From the NCBI GenBank assembly GCA_048882505.1, contig JBHLRO010000030.1, positions 11,350-35,349 on the forward strand: a stretch of DNA of 24,000 nucleotides. Reading direction: 5' to 3'. This stretch comes from Candidatus Thorarchaeota archaeon (GTDB lineage Archaea > Asgardarchaeota > Heimdallarchaeia > Hodarchaeales > Hodarchaeaceae). Under the pieces are notes generated by a model. It had not been told where the DNA came from, searched no databases, and was given only the letters and a program-made list of their open reading frames with translations. Below are positions 16,274 through 24,000 of this stretch, piece after piece. Within the stretch, counting starts at the first letter, position 1. The number at the start of each line of letters is the position of its first letter. Position numbers and translations under genes: made by a program.

Positions 16274-18043
16274 TTAACGTCTCTTTCTGTACAATGCGAC
16301 CAAGGGGGGAATTGCCAGGACTACTGAGAGCAGTTCAAATCCCGATATCGGACCCGTGGTTGTATCTCCCGGACCTGGTCCCGTAGTAGTTGTATCTCCT
16401 GCTGCGAGCGCAGCTACGGCAGAATAGGCAGGATCGTGTATGATTTCACCACCATACCACTCTGGGAACTCTGTAAAGGTGAAGTATAGCACAAAGTTGA
16501 AGTAGACGCCTTCGTCACCAGGCGGTAAAAGACCCGGCTCCAGTTGGACAGCAAACCACTTTGTGAACTGATAGGCTAGCGCAAATTCCAATTTAAAGTA
16601 GACTTTTGATACGTCAGGAATAGCCCAGGCCCAGTTGGTTGGATCGAAGAGGTGAATTTCTACATTTCGAGGCACCGCGGGATCAATATTCCACGGCGCG
16701 TTTTCAAGACCTTGTAGGAGATACGTATACTTGCCCGTGAATTCTGTGTAAAAGAATGTATTTCCACCTGAGTCCAAACTGATACGTCGTTGAGTAGGAT
16801 TGTCTGTTTCATCTGTATGTTCTGGATTAGATAAACCAATAGATGTGGTAGCGGTGGCTACTGTTAATCCAAATCCATTCTGCATATTCATCCGTCTCTT
16901 GGCATCATCGTTGAAATAGAAGGCCATGTTTGGAAAGAACACCGTTTTACTAGCTGGAATATTTTTACCCAAAACATCCACACTGACTAACGATGAAGGC
17001 ATTTGGAATGTGTAGTTTGGTTGGTCAGTAAATGGAGAATAATCCCAGGTTTCTGACATGTTAACCGTTTCTCCGGCGATAACCAAGAAATTTGTTTCCC
17101 CGATGTTATAATGTGTAGTGGTGGTTCCTAGCACATGAGCGTTAGCGCCGCTGTTTATTTGCGTTGTAAATTCATATTCAAAGCTTAAATAGTCCAAAAC
17201 ACTGGCAGCTACAATATTTTTTCCAAAAACAATTCCTCCTGGGTTATCAGCAACGAGATTTGCGTCTCCTAGGATGTCAATTCCGCCCAGTTCAACACTA
17301 ATTGGTTGCCATAGTACGAACAGATTGGTGTAGTTTATTCCAAACCTGTATCCGTTTTCTACTGTCTCGAAGAAGGGAAAATAGTCGAAATGATTGATTC
17401 GATAGGAATGTCCGTTGTCTGCGAATACATCATTGAAGCCATCGATCCCTTCTTGCAGGCCAAAAGTATAGCCCATGTAAATTTCATCCCCAGCGTCCAT
17501 TGTGGTGTCAGTCGAATTGGAGCTGTATGCTATGAGCGACATGAAGTTATTAGTCACGAAAACTTCTTCATTATCCCAAGGTACTGTCCAATGCTGGACT
17601 AATTGCTGGAATGGAGCAGTCGCATTAATATGGAAGATTGGGGTGCGCAAGGCGTCTTGGTACTGAGGGAACAAGGGAGAGTCCAAAACTGTCTTGATAT
17701 CATCATGGAATAGATCTAGCAACGTCAGGTTGTGTTCGTACTTCTCCAAGGCGGAAAAACCCGTTTCGATACCAGAATTATTCATATATGCGAAGAAGAA
17801 CTGTTTGTCTTCTGTTTCATCAGAATCTCCCGTTGCAGCACTTGCGTTATAGAGATCGCGAATTAAATCAGGATTGGCTGGATCCACGACTGCTACGTCT
17901 ACTTCTACGGCAAAGTAGTCTTCACTGAATGAGTGGCCCACAAAGGAAGATGCAGCACTGACGGGGGTGGAGATCATTACAAGGGCTAGCAGAAAGATCA
18001 CTGAAAAGCCCATAAGAAGCTTCTTTTTCATCTCATTAATCAC
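16274..18043 (-). CDS. Secreted/surface protein with N-terminal signal peptide and C-terminal membrane anchor
   Basis: 589 aa ORF with signal MKKKLLMGFSVIFLLALVMISTPVSAASS, a Thr/Gly/Pro linker TTTTGPGPGDTTTGP and a C-terminal hydrophobic helix with basic tail GFELLSVVLAIPPLVALYRKRR. Confidence 0.75.
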   Translation of the reverse strand: MINEMKKKLLMGFSVIFLLALVMISTPVSAASSFVGHSFSEDYFAVEVDVAVVDPANPDLIRDLYNASAATGDSDETEDKQFFFAYMNNSGIETGFSALEKYEHNLTLLDLFHDDIKTVLDSPLFPQYQDALRTPIFHINATAPFQQLVQHWTVPWDNEEVFVTNNFMSLIAYSSNSTDTTMDAGDEIYMGYTFGLQEGIDGFNDVFADNGHSYRINHFDYFPFFETVENGYRFGINYTNLFVLWQPISVELGGIDILGDANLVADNPGGIVFGKNIVAASVLDYLSFEYEFTTQINSGANAHVLGTTTTHYNIGETNFLVIAGETVNMSETWDYSPFTDQPNYTFQMPSSLVSVDVLGKNIPASKTVFFPNMAFYFNDDAKRRMNMQNGFGLTVATATTSIGLSNPEHTDETDNPTQRRISLDSGGNTFFYTEFTGKYTYLLQGLENAPWNIDPAVPRNVEIHLFDPTNWAWAIPDVSKVYFKLEFALAYQFTKWFAVQLEPGLLPPGDEGVYFNFVLYFTFTEFPEWYGGEIIHDPAYSAVAALAAGDTTTTGPGPGDTTTGPISGFELLSVVLAIPPLVALYRKRR

Positions 18044-18171
18044 CTAAGAATATCTTCGGGTAAGAGCTACCCAAGTCAGATTCTAACCTCTTCCACCTAC
18101 TTAGCATTATTAAAGATGTATGTAATTAAAATCCGCAATTTTGTTCCTAAGAAAGGGTTTGGCGAGTGTAT

Positions 18172-19653
18172 TTAGCCACGGCGCCATTTCTTACGCGTAA
18201 GAACCACCAAAGCTAGAACAACAGTTATGTTTGGCCATAATTGGAATGATGTGATCTGCCCATTGGATGATAGGTTCGAAGGCGGAGAGTCCTTGATTGC
18301 GTATTGAAGAGAACTAAACGCAAATGGAGTGCCTGCCCATGATGGTAATCTGAATTCACGGTTATACAGAGCATCTGTAAGATACAGATTAGATAGGTGA
18401 TAAAGTTCGTCACTCGTTAGAGAACTTACATTTGAGTTCTCAACAAATCGTTTAATACTATCTACAATCAAATGCCTAACCAAGGATGTCTCTTGGGAGA
18501 AGAGCTCGGCACCTGCAAAACCGATATGTTGGTTAAATGCAATAGTTTTCGTAACAGCGGGGACAAATGATTCTGAACCAACTTCGTTTTCTCTTTGAAC
18601 AACGTAGTCACGACCTGTAACGGGAGTTGACGTAAGGAGAATACCATCATGAATAATGTCGACCGCTTCTGTAATTGGGAAATCCGCTTCATTGAGTGCG
18701 GATACAGTCTTATTTTGGTCATCAATTTCTATTTGAATGTCCTCTAATGGGTTAATGTCGTTAAAAATACCAACATTGTGACCCGTAAGGAGGGAAAGCG
18801 AAATTTCGGGGAATAGATCCAATCGGGTCTGGATATCGGAGCCTTTATACCAGGAGATGGTTTCGTTGATTGTGAAGAGCTGATTGTAGGTCTTTTCAAT
18901 TTTACCTTGGGTAGAATTTGTCCAGATCGGTTCTGCAGGTAGTTCTTCATTTATTATCAAATTCGTCACTCTTCCAATTGAAACATCACTAATCGTTTCT
19001 ACACCCTCAATTTCATATGAAGTATATTTTCTGATGGTTAAGGAGAAAGTTATGTTTTCGAACTGAACCAACAGAAACTTATTAGCAATACCCACTACTG
19101 AAACTTGGCTAAAATCTATGTTCTCCGTTTGAAACAAATAGGTGATGTTTGAGTACGTCATATCTATTCGTACTCCCAATGGCAGTTCCTCCATTTCGAC
19201 CAAGAGCGTACTGGATGTATCAGTCGAAAAATTACCACCATAAAGAGATTCTAGGAATTCTAGAGGAACATTCCCGTATCCCAGTTGGTAGTGAGCCGGA
19301 TTAAATCCAGATCCATTAATCTTAAGGGCTATGCCTAGAAAATCCTGTGTGATGACAAAATCTTGCCCCGATGGGAGTTCGAAGTGGTGTAAATATTTGA
19401 CATAGGGGACAGTAGAAGTCACTTTTAATGAATCAATCAGAGGATGCGTTCGTTTAACCTTCTCCAAGGCTAGGACAGTAGATTGGATGCTTGGAGTTTG
19501 GTGGACGACCATAGAGACGATATTATCCTCATCAAGATCTGGATCGCTGGTATCATTGAAGGGCTGGTGGGTAAATAAGTTTTGCTTGAGGTAAATTGCC
19601 TCATCAATGGAGGTCTCTTGTACATTATTGAAGTCAAATTCTACCCCAAACAA
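18172..19653 (-). CDS. Secreted/surface protein with C-terminal anchor; the coding frame probably extends upstream toward 19803
   Basis: 493 aa ORF ending FQLWPNITVVLALVVLTRKKWRRG*. The in-frame extension reads IIKHSQTFLLILGLSGIFFFGLIWTGNTTAVAESNNY, a plausible signal peptide, but has no ATG/GTG/TTG. Confidence 0.7.
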   Translation of the reverse strand: MFGVEFDFNNVQETSIDEAIYLKQNLFTHQPFNDTSDPDLDEDNIVSMVVHQTPSIQSTVLALEKVKRTHPLIDSLKVTSTVPYVKYLHHFELPSGQDFVITQDFLGIALKINGSGFNPAHYQLGYGNVPLEFLESLYGGNFSTDTSSTLLVEMEELPLGVRIDMTYSNITYLFQTENIDFSQVSVVGIANKFLLVQFENITFSLTIRKYTSYEIEGVETISDVSIGRVTNLIINEELPAEPIWTNSTQGKIEKTYNQLFTINETISWYKGSDIQTRLDLFPEISLSLLTGHNVGIFNDINPLEDIQIEIDDQNKTVSALNEADFPITEAVDIIHDGILLTSTPVTGRDYVVQRENEVGSESFVPAVTKTIAFNQHIGFAGAELFSQETSLVRHLIVDSIKRFVENSNVSSLTSDELYHLSNLYLTDALYNREFRLPSWAGTPFAFSSLQYAIKDSPPSNLSSNGQITSFQLWPNITVVLALVVLTRKKWRRG

Positions 19654-19803
19654 ACTTTGTCCATCGAAGAAAGGATTGAGCTGGGAGAAAACATAATTGT
19701 TACTTTCGGCTACTGCCGTGGTATTACCCGTCCAAATAAGTCCAAAAAAGAAAATGCCGGATAATCCCAGAATGAGAAGGAAGGTTTGAGAATGTTTGAT
19801 TAT

Positions 19804-21318
19804 CTAGCTTACCTCCAAGTAATCCTTTAACCACGTCAGGTGCTTTGATCCAATTGTATATGAAGATCTCTTCTGGTCCTTTATAATAATTATGACCCCT
19901 AACTCCGATAATTTCTTTATGTGATGTTGTACGCTTGAATGGTGGGCATTGATCTCGTTAGAAAGCTGTGATAACGACATTGGCTTACGTTTATCCATTA
20001 ATGTGCGACACAGCTCTCTTGAAAGATTGCTTTTCAAGGCTAAGGCCAATTCCGAGGTTTGCGGTGATTTTTCTCCGAGAATGTAGAAGATATGATAACG
20101 TCCAACCTTCTCATGCGTGACGAAGTTAAAATCATCTAAGGCCTGGAGGTGCCATAGCAGTGATGAGATTCCGCATCCGATTTCTCTCTGAATCTCCCGT
20201 AAATGGGCTCCTTGTTCCCCTTTCTCCTCTAGATACTCCATTATTTGTGCCCTGAGTTCGTTATCGAGTAATTCATCTTCAGTCATCCTTCGACGTTGAG
20301 GTGAGTAGGTCACGTGTGCGATGAAGAAAAATGTACCCAAAAGCGCACCAACAATAACGTCACGACTCTTCGACATGAGTCCTGTTTGTACCAATAAAAC
20401 AAAGCCGATAATGGCTGCTCCACCAAGAACCGCCAGTCCGACAAGCTGTTCCAGTCCACCAAACTCTATTAGAGCGTTATTTCCATTGGAAGAGGGCCTC
20501 ACGGTCAAGAGCGCGGTCTGTTGCAATATTGAAACAATTTCTGGTTCAGTAACCCTCCCGTTTGAATTCAGGAGGAAAAAGTTGGATCCAATGGAACTCT
20601 CTTGAACTTCTAGAGCAAAACTCCCAATTACCACTCGCGGGCCGTCCATCCAAATTCCTGAATGAAAACCGTCAAATATTGATTCGAAGGGTTCAGGCTT
20701 GGGAATTTCCGCCAAGAGTCGAGTACGATTACTGAGCGCAACCCAAGCTGAGCTGCCAGGGAATTCAAGATTGGTTTGGGATGAATTGATGTTTAATAGA
20801 GACATTTGAGCTTCGTCAAGTTGAATATTTAGATTGTCATAAGAACCGTCAAGTGGATACACAACGGGTGCGGTGGCGGTAATTCCAAGCTGATTAAGGA
20901 TCTGAAGGGGCGTGGTATGTAAAAATCGATTTAGTATAAAGACTCCTCTTCCCGATTCTTTCCACAGCCTTATATTCACGGGCAATTTGATTGGCAAGGG
21001 CTGATCATTGATCCACCAGATTGCGCCGACGCTCTCATTTTGAAAGAGGAATGAGCTATTGGAAAAGAGGTGCTCAATATCATAATAGGTCGCTTGTCGC
21101 CCAGAATCGGCCACTAAGCTTTCACCCAATGATTTGTCCTTAAAAGACCCGTAAAATATCGCAATCTTTTCTAAATCAGAGAAGTTTTGCTCTGTCCTAG
21201 CAAATAGCCCCGTTCCAAGACTAGAAAAGAGAATTCCCCAAAAAACTAGAAAAAAGAAAACGATATGAATTATCGGGGCTCTTACTTCCAACTTCATGAT
21301 TTCGCTACCCATTTTCAA
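19804..21318 (-). CDS. Membrane-anchored transcriptional regulator: signal/TM, large extracellular region, TM, two C-terminal winged-helix domains
   Basis: TM1 IIHIVFFFLVFWGILFSSLG and TM2 LVGLAVLGGAAIIGFVLLVQTGL. The C-terminal part has AQIMEYLEEKGEQGAHLREIQREIGCGISSLLWHLQALDDFNFVTHEKVGRY and LCRTLMDKRKPMSLSQLSNEINAHHSSVQHHIKKLSELGVIIIIKD, i.e. tandem wHTH. The probable ATG is at 21297. Confidence 0.75.
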   Translation of the reverse strand: MKMGSEIMKLEVRAPIIHIVFFFLVFWGILFSSLGTGLFARTEQNFSDLEKIAIFYGSFKDKSLGESLVADSGRQATYYDIEHLFSNSSFLFQNESVGAIWWINDQPLPIKLPVNIRLWKESGRGVFILNRFLHTTPLQILNQLGITATAPVVYPLDGSYDNLNIQLDEAQMSLLNINSSQTNLEFPGSSAWVALSNRTRLLAEIPKPEPFESIFDGFHSGIWMDGPRVVIGSFALEVQESSIGSNFFLLNSNGRVTEPEIVSILQQTALLTVRPSSNGNNALIEFGGLEQLVGLAVLGGAAIIGFVLLVQTGLMSKSRDVIVGALLGTFFFIAHVTYSPQRRRMTEDELLDNELRAQIMEYLEEKGEQGAHLREIQREIGCGISSLLWHLQALDDFNFVTHEKVGRYHIFYILGEKSPQTSELALALKSNLSRELCRTLMDKRKPMSLSQLSNEINAHHSSVQHHIKKLSELGVIIIIKDQKRSSYTIGSKHLTWLKDYLEVS

Positions 21319-21388
21319 ATGCAGTTTACTTCGACATATTATTACCAGGCTAGAGCTAAAAAGCTTTCTTCAATTGGAGGTCAACTGG

Positions 21389-21898
21389 ATGTCTGATCCC
21401 TTATTTAACTACTATCTTGCTGTTCCATGGAAGGCCGATTATGTACGAAGTAAAAAAGATCCGAATCGATGTATTCTCTGTGAAATTTCCCAAAAAAGGA
21501 GTTCAGAAGATTCGTGGGAAGTTTTCCGTGATGACAAAGTAATTGTCTTGCTCAATAAATTTCCATATACCCCGGGTCATCTTTTAATCGCACCATTGGA
21601 ACATTTTGAAGAGTTTACCGACCTACCTCAAGTCTTGATAACTCGTCTAACGTTAATACTACAACGATCGGTCCTTCTTCTAAATCGTACTCACTCTCCC
21701 ATGGGATTCAATGTGGGACTTAATCTGGGTGATGCAGCCGGCGGGAGTATTAGACACATACATTGGCATGTTGTCCCACGCTACAGAGGTGATCTGAATT
21801 TTATGGATATCCTAAGGACAAGAACGTTGATCGAGACTCTAGATGAGACCCTCGCAAAATTACAAAAACACAGCCAGTTACTCGCGGGATCCCCCTAG
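21389..21898 (+). CDS. HIT family hydrolase (histidine triad)
   Basis: ORF track 21296..21898, ATG at 21389 (MSDPLFNYY...). Contains CILCEI, FPYTPGHLLIAPLEHFE and the triad IRHIHWHVVPRY. Confidence 0.9.
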   Translation: MSDPLFNYYLAVPWKADYVRSKKDPNRCILCEISQKRSSEDSWEVFRDDKVIVLLNKFPYTPGHLLIAPLEHFEEFTDLPQVLITRLTLILQRSVLLLNRTHSPMGFNVGLNLGDAAGGSIRHIHWHVVPRYRGDLNFMDILRTRTLIETLDETLAKLQKHSQLLAGSP

Positions 21899-22212
21899 TT
21901 TATATTAAAAGAAGATGTTGGCTCCAAATCTCTTTGACAGTTTATCAACTATAATCTTATAACAGGGAGAAAAGACGGGGTACCTTGAAAGGCCAGTTAT
22001 GAATCGTTGGTTTATTGAAATAATTTAAATATTCAATTATTGAGGGCAAGATAGGGCTTTTCGGACTATTCATTTGAGGCCCCTTATATAGAACACCCAC
22101 CATCATCCTAGTGTAGAGCATTTTGAATATTTCCATCTGCTCCATTAGGTGTAAGGAAACCAAAATCCCTATATCACCTTTCACATAAGATTCTATGGAG
22201 GAATCGCTAGAA

Positions 22213-22650
22213 ATGAAACTGATTCGAAATATACCAAAAAAACGGCGGGCTGTAAGCCCGATTCTAGCCGCAATACTCTTGATTGGGCTTGCTATAACAG
22301 CCGGGGCGGTCCTTTTCGTCGTTGTTCTCCCGTTGATAACGGCTCCTGGAAGTGGAGTCGTTTTTGATTCGGGAACAACTGAGCTTACAGCTAATTCGGT
22401 TCACGTTGTGCTCAGAAACGAAGGATCCGAAATAGTAACAGTCACAGGCATTAGTGTAAAAAATGGTACAGATACGGCCGCTATTAATACCACATTCAAC
22501 TCCTTTTCAATCGGTGTAGGACAGGGGGCCATCAAAGACTACACTTTCGCAACGGGCCTTTCGTCCGGGCCTTACACCATAGAAGCGACATACTATATTG
22601 GAACAGATACGACAAACACAGGAACCGCAACTCTGAACACAAACATCTGA
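22213..22650 (+). CDS. Archaeal type IV pilin-like protein
   Basis: ORF track 22195..22650, ATG at 22213. MKLIRNIPKKRRAVSPILAAILLIGLAITAGAVLFVVVLPLI is a basic prepilin-like leader, an AVSPI hydrophobic N-helix, then a beta-rich Thr/Asn tail. Confidence 0.75.
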   Translation: MKLIRNIPKKRRAVSPILAAILLIGLAITAGAVLFVVVLPLITAPGSGVVFDSGTTELTANSVHVVLRNEGSEIVTVTGISVKNGTDTAAINTTFNSFSIGVGQGAIKDYTFATGLSSGPYTIEATYYIGTDTTNTGTATLNTNI

Positions 22651-22760
22651 ATAGGAAAATAAACCACCTCATGTTTCCTATTTTTATTTATTTCATTCCA
22701 GACTCTCACGATCATGTGAAGGAATATATTACAAGTTCAGTGTAATGTCCACATATGTCC

Positions 22761-23222
22761 CTATTTGAACTGTACATTGGCCGCCCGACTTCTCACATAC
22801 TTATTAAAGACCATTTTCCCATCAGTCAAAACGCTACTTAAATTCCTACCAAATTCGGACCAGTATTTGATAAGCGACTGTCGTTCTTGCCGAGTCTTGA
22901 CCATTTCAGGGGAGAGGAAAAACGAGATCTCAAAACCTTCTTCTGGAGTTTTCATTACCGTGAGGTGACGATCAGAATTGCGAGCCAGCTCGGTACGCAT
23001 TCGATCGAAAATAAACTGCTCAACAGGGTCGTTAATTGCGATTTTCAAGGAAACGACGGCAGAATTACCGTGTCGAATTACTTCCCCATTTTCAAAAGGG
23101 ATTACCTCTCGTGGTACCCCCTTACAACACTCATCATCTGGTTCCATAACGCAAATTGGCTCTCTTCCTCCGCTTTTACAATCTAGTGGCTCTAAAATCA
23201 AATCCGTCTCTGATAATGGCAA
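22761..23222 (-). CDS. Conserved-looking hypothetical protein with acidic Cys cluster
   Basis: 153 aa ORF (MPLSETDLILEPLDCKSGGREPICVMEPDDECCKGVPREV...). No family recognised; supported only by length and its intergenic position. Confidence 0.5.
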   Translation of the reverse strand: MPLSETDLILEPLDCKSGGREPICVMEPDDECCKGVPREVIPFENGEVIRHGNSAVVSLKIAINDPVEQFIFDRMRTELARNSDRHLTVMKTPEEGFEISFFLSPEMVKTRQERQSLIKYWSEFGRNLSSVLTDGKMVFNKYVRSRAANVQFK

Positions 23223-23374
23223 CTAATGCTCACCCAATATACTAGCAACTTGTAATTGGGGAATGGTCTCTCTCTATTTACAGCTTGCTAATGGACGGGA
23301 CAAGAAAAAGGGCCTCGCATTATTCGTAAAACGCCCATTGGATTGAAATATTGATAGAAATACGCCAACAAATA

Positions 23375-23743
23375 TCAAAAATCGCGCAGATTGAGCATTT
23401 TCTTACGGGTGGAGGTAATGAGATAGTGCATCAAACCGAGCTTCACGCTTGGTTCTGTTATTAGAACTAATATTGCACCTTCCACCTTAGAAAGTAATCC
23501 TAGACCTTGTGGTGTTTGAACATGGATGAAATCGATTTCTGTACCAAGATTAAGTTGGATGCAAGCACTAGAAAACGTACTAAATATTCCTGCAACCATA
23601 GCTGAAGCTAAGGTCTCCACTTCATCACTTATGGGTTTTGTTTTGGCACATAAGATGGGAAATCCTTCTTCACTTACTAAAAGAGCTTTTCTCACTCCTT
23701 GAACGGCCCCAAGTCCATCTAAGATACGTTGGACACGGGTCAT
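23375..23743 (-). CDS. Roadblock/LC7 domain protein
   Basis: ORF track 23375..23803, likely start MTRVQRILDGLGAVQGVRKALLVSEEGFPI. The pattern is helix, V(R)KALLVSEEGFPI, ASAMVAGIFSTFSSA, GLGLLSKVEGAILVLITEPSVKLGLMHYLI, typical of Roadblock/LC7. Confidence 0.8.
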   Translation of the reverse strand: MTRVQRILDGLGAVQGVRKALLVSEEGFPILCAKTKPISDEVETLASAMVAGIFSTFSSACIQLNLGTEIDFIHVQTPQGLGLLSKVEGAILVLITEPSVKLGLMHYLITSTRKKMLNLRDF

Positions 23744-23906
23744 TGATGAATTTTCATCCTCTGGTTTGCCGGCAAGTTGATCATAAAGCGCCAATATAAT
23801 CACACACTGAGCTAGGTAGGGTAATGGAATTGATTACCTCTCAGGTAGTATTCAACATATTGGTATATAAAAACCAAAATTCTTGGATTGCATTTGTCTC
23901 AGAATC

Positions 23907-24000
23907 ATGGAACATCAACACACAAAAAACCGAGAAAAGACCGTCACTCGTGGTAAGTCAGAGAATAATTTATTATTCGGTCATCATATCGGGCTATTAA
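23907..24000 (+). CDS. Start of a possible CDS running off the window (partial)
   Basis: Open frame MEHQHTKNREKTVTRGKSENNLLLFGHHIGLL... to the window edge. Too short to identify. Confidence 0.3.
   Translation, partial: MEHQHTKNREKTVTRGKSENNLLFGHHIGLL

Noticed and set aside
16320-16420. DNA-level repeat in the Thr/Gly/Pro linker of the surface protein (GPGPGDTTTGP)
   Set aside because: A short low-complexity stalk typical of anchored archaeal surface proteins, not a distinct repeat element.
19804-19806. Global reassignment of TAG (e.g. pyrrolysine everywhere)
   Set aside because: TAG ends the PTPS-like (8837-8839), TrxB (9409-9411) and HIT (21896-21898) ORFs at sensible C-termini, so TAG is used as an ordinary stop. 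Only local readthrough remains possible.
1-24000. CRISPR array, transposon ends or a defence island
   Set aside because: No regularly spaced direct repeats, transposase, integrase, Cas, restriction or toxin-antitoxin signatures were seen in any listed ORF or intergenic region by eye.

Overview
This is an archaeal-looking window. The marker set (NfeD-like protein, DUF115/MptE-like pterin enzyme, HerA-like ATPase, beta-CASP RNase, type IV pilin-like gene, Roadblock/LC7 protein, SNM1/Artemis-like nuclease) would fit an Asgard-type archaeon, but that placement is inference. Most genes are housekeeping or conserved: an AmmeMemoRadiSam-type radical SAM enzyme, a JAMM protease, a beta-CASP MBL RNase, NfeD, tRNA-Val(CAC), a HhH-MutS-like ATPase, an SNM1-like MBL nuclease, MptE, a PTPS-family enzyme, thioredoxin reductase, a HerA-like ATPase, a large polytopic membrane protein, two predicted surface proteins beside a membrane-anchored winged-helix regulator, a HIT hydrolase, a pilin-like gene and a Roadblock/LC7 protein. 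The strongest unannotated signal is a 5S rRNA-like sequence at about 7663-7787. Its helix I seems closed by a loop at its 5' side, as expected for a circularly permuted 5S rRNA. Other points of interest are a shared sensor-like module (LV-[SA]-G-x-x-x-AI-x-x-F) in the convergent HerA-like and membrane proteins, and a secreted-protein ORF whose signal peptide has no standard start codon and directly follows an in-frame TAG. No CRISPR array, transposon or obvious defence island was seen.
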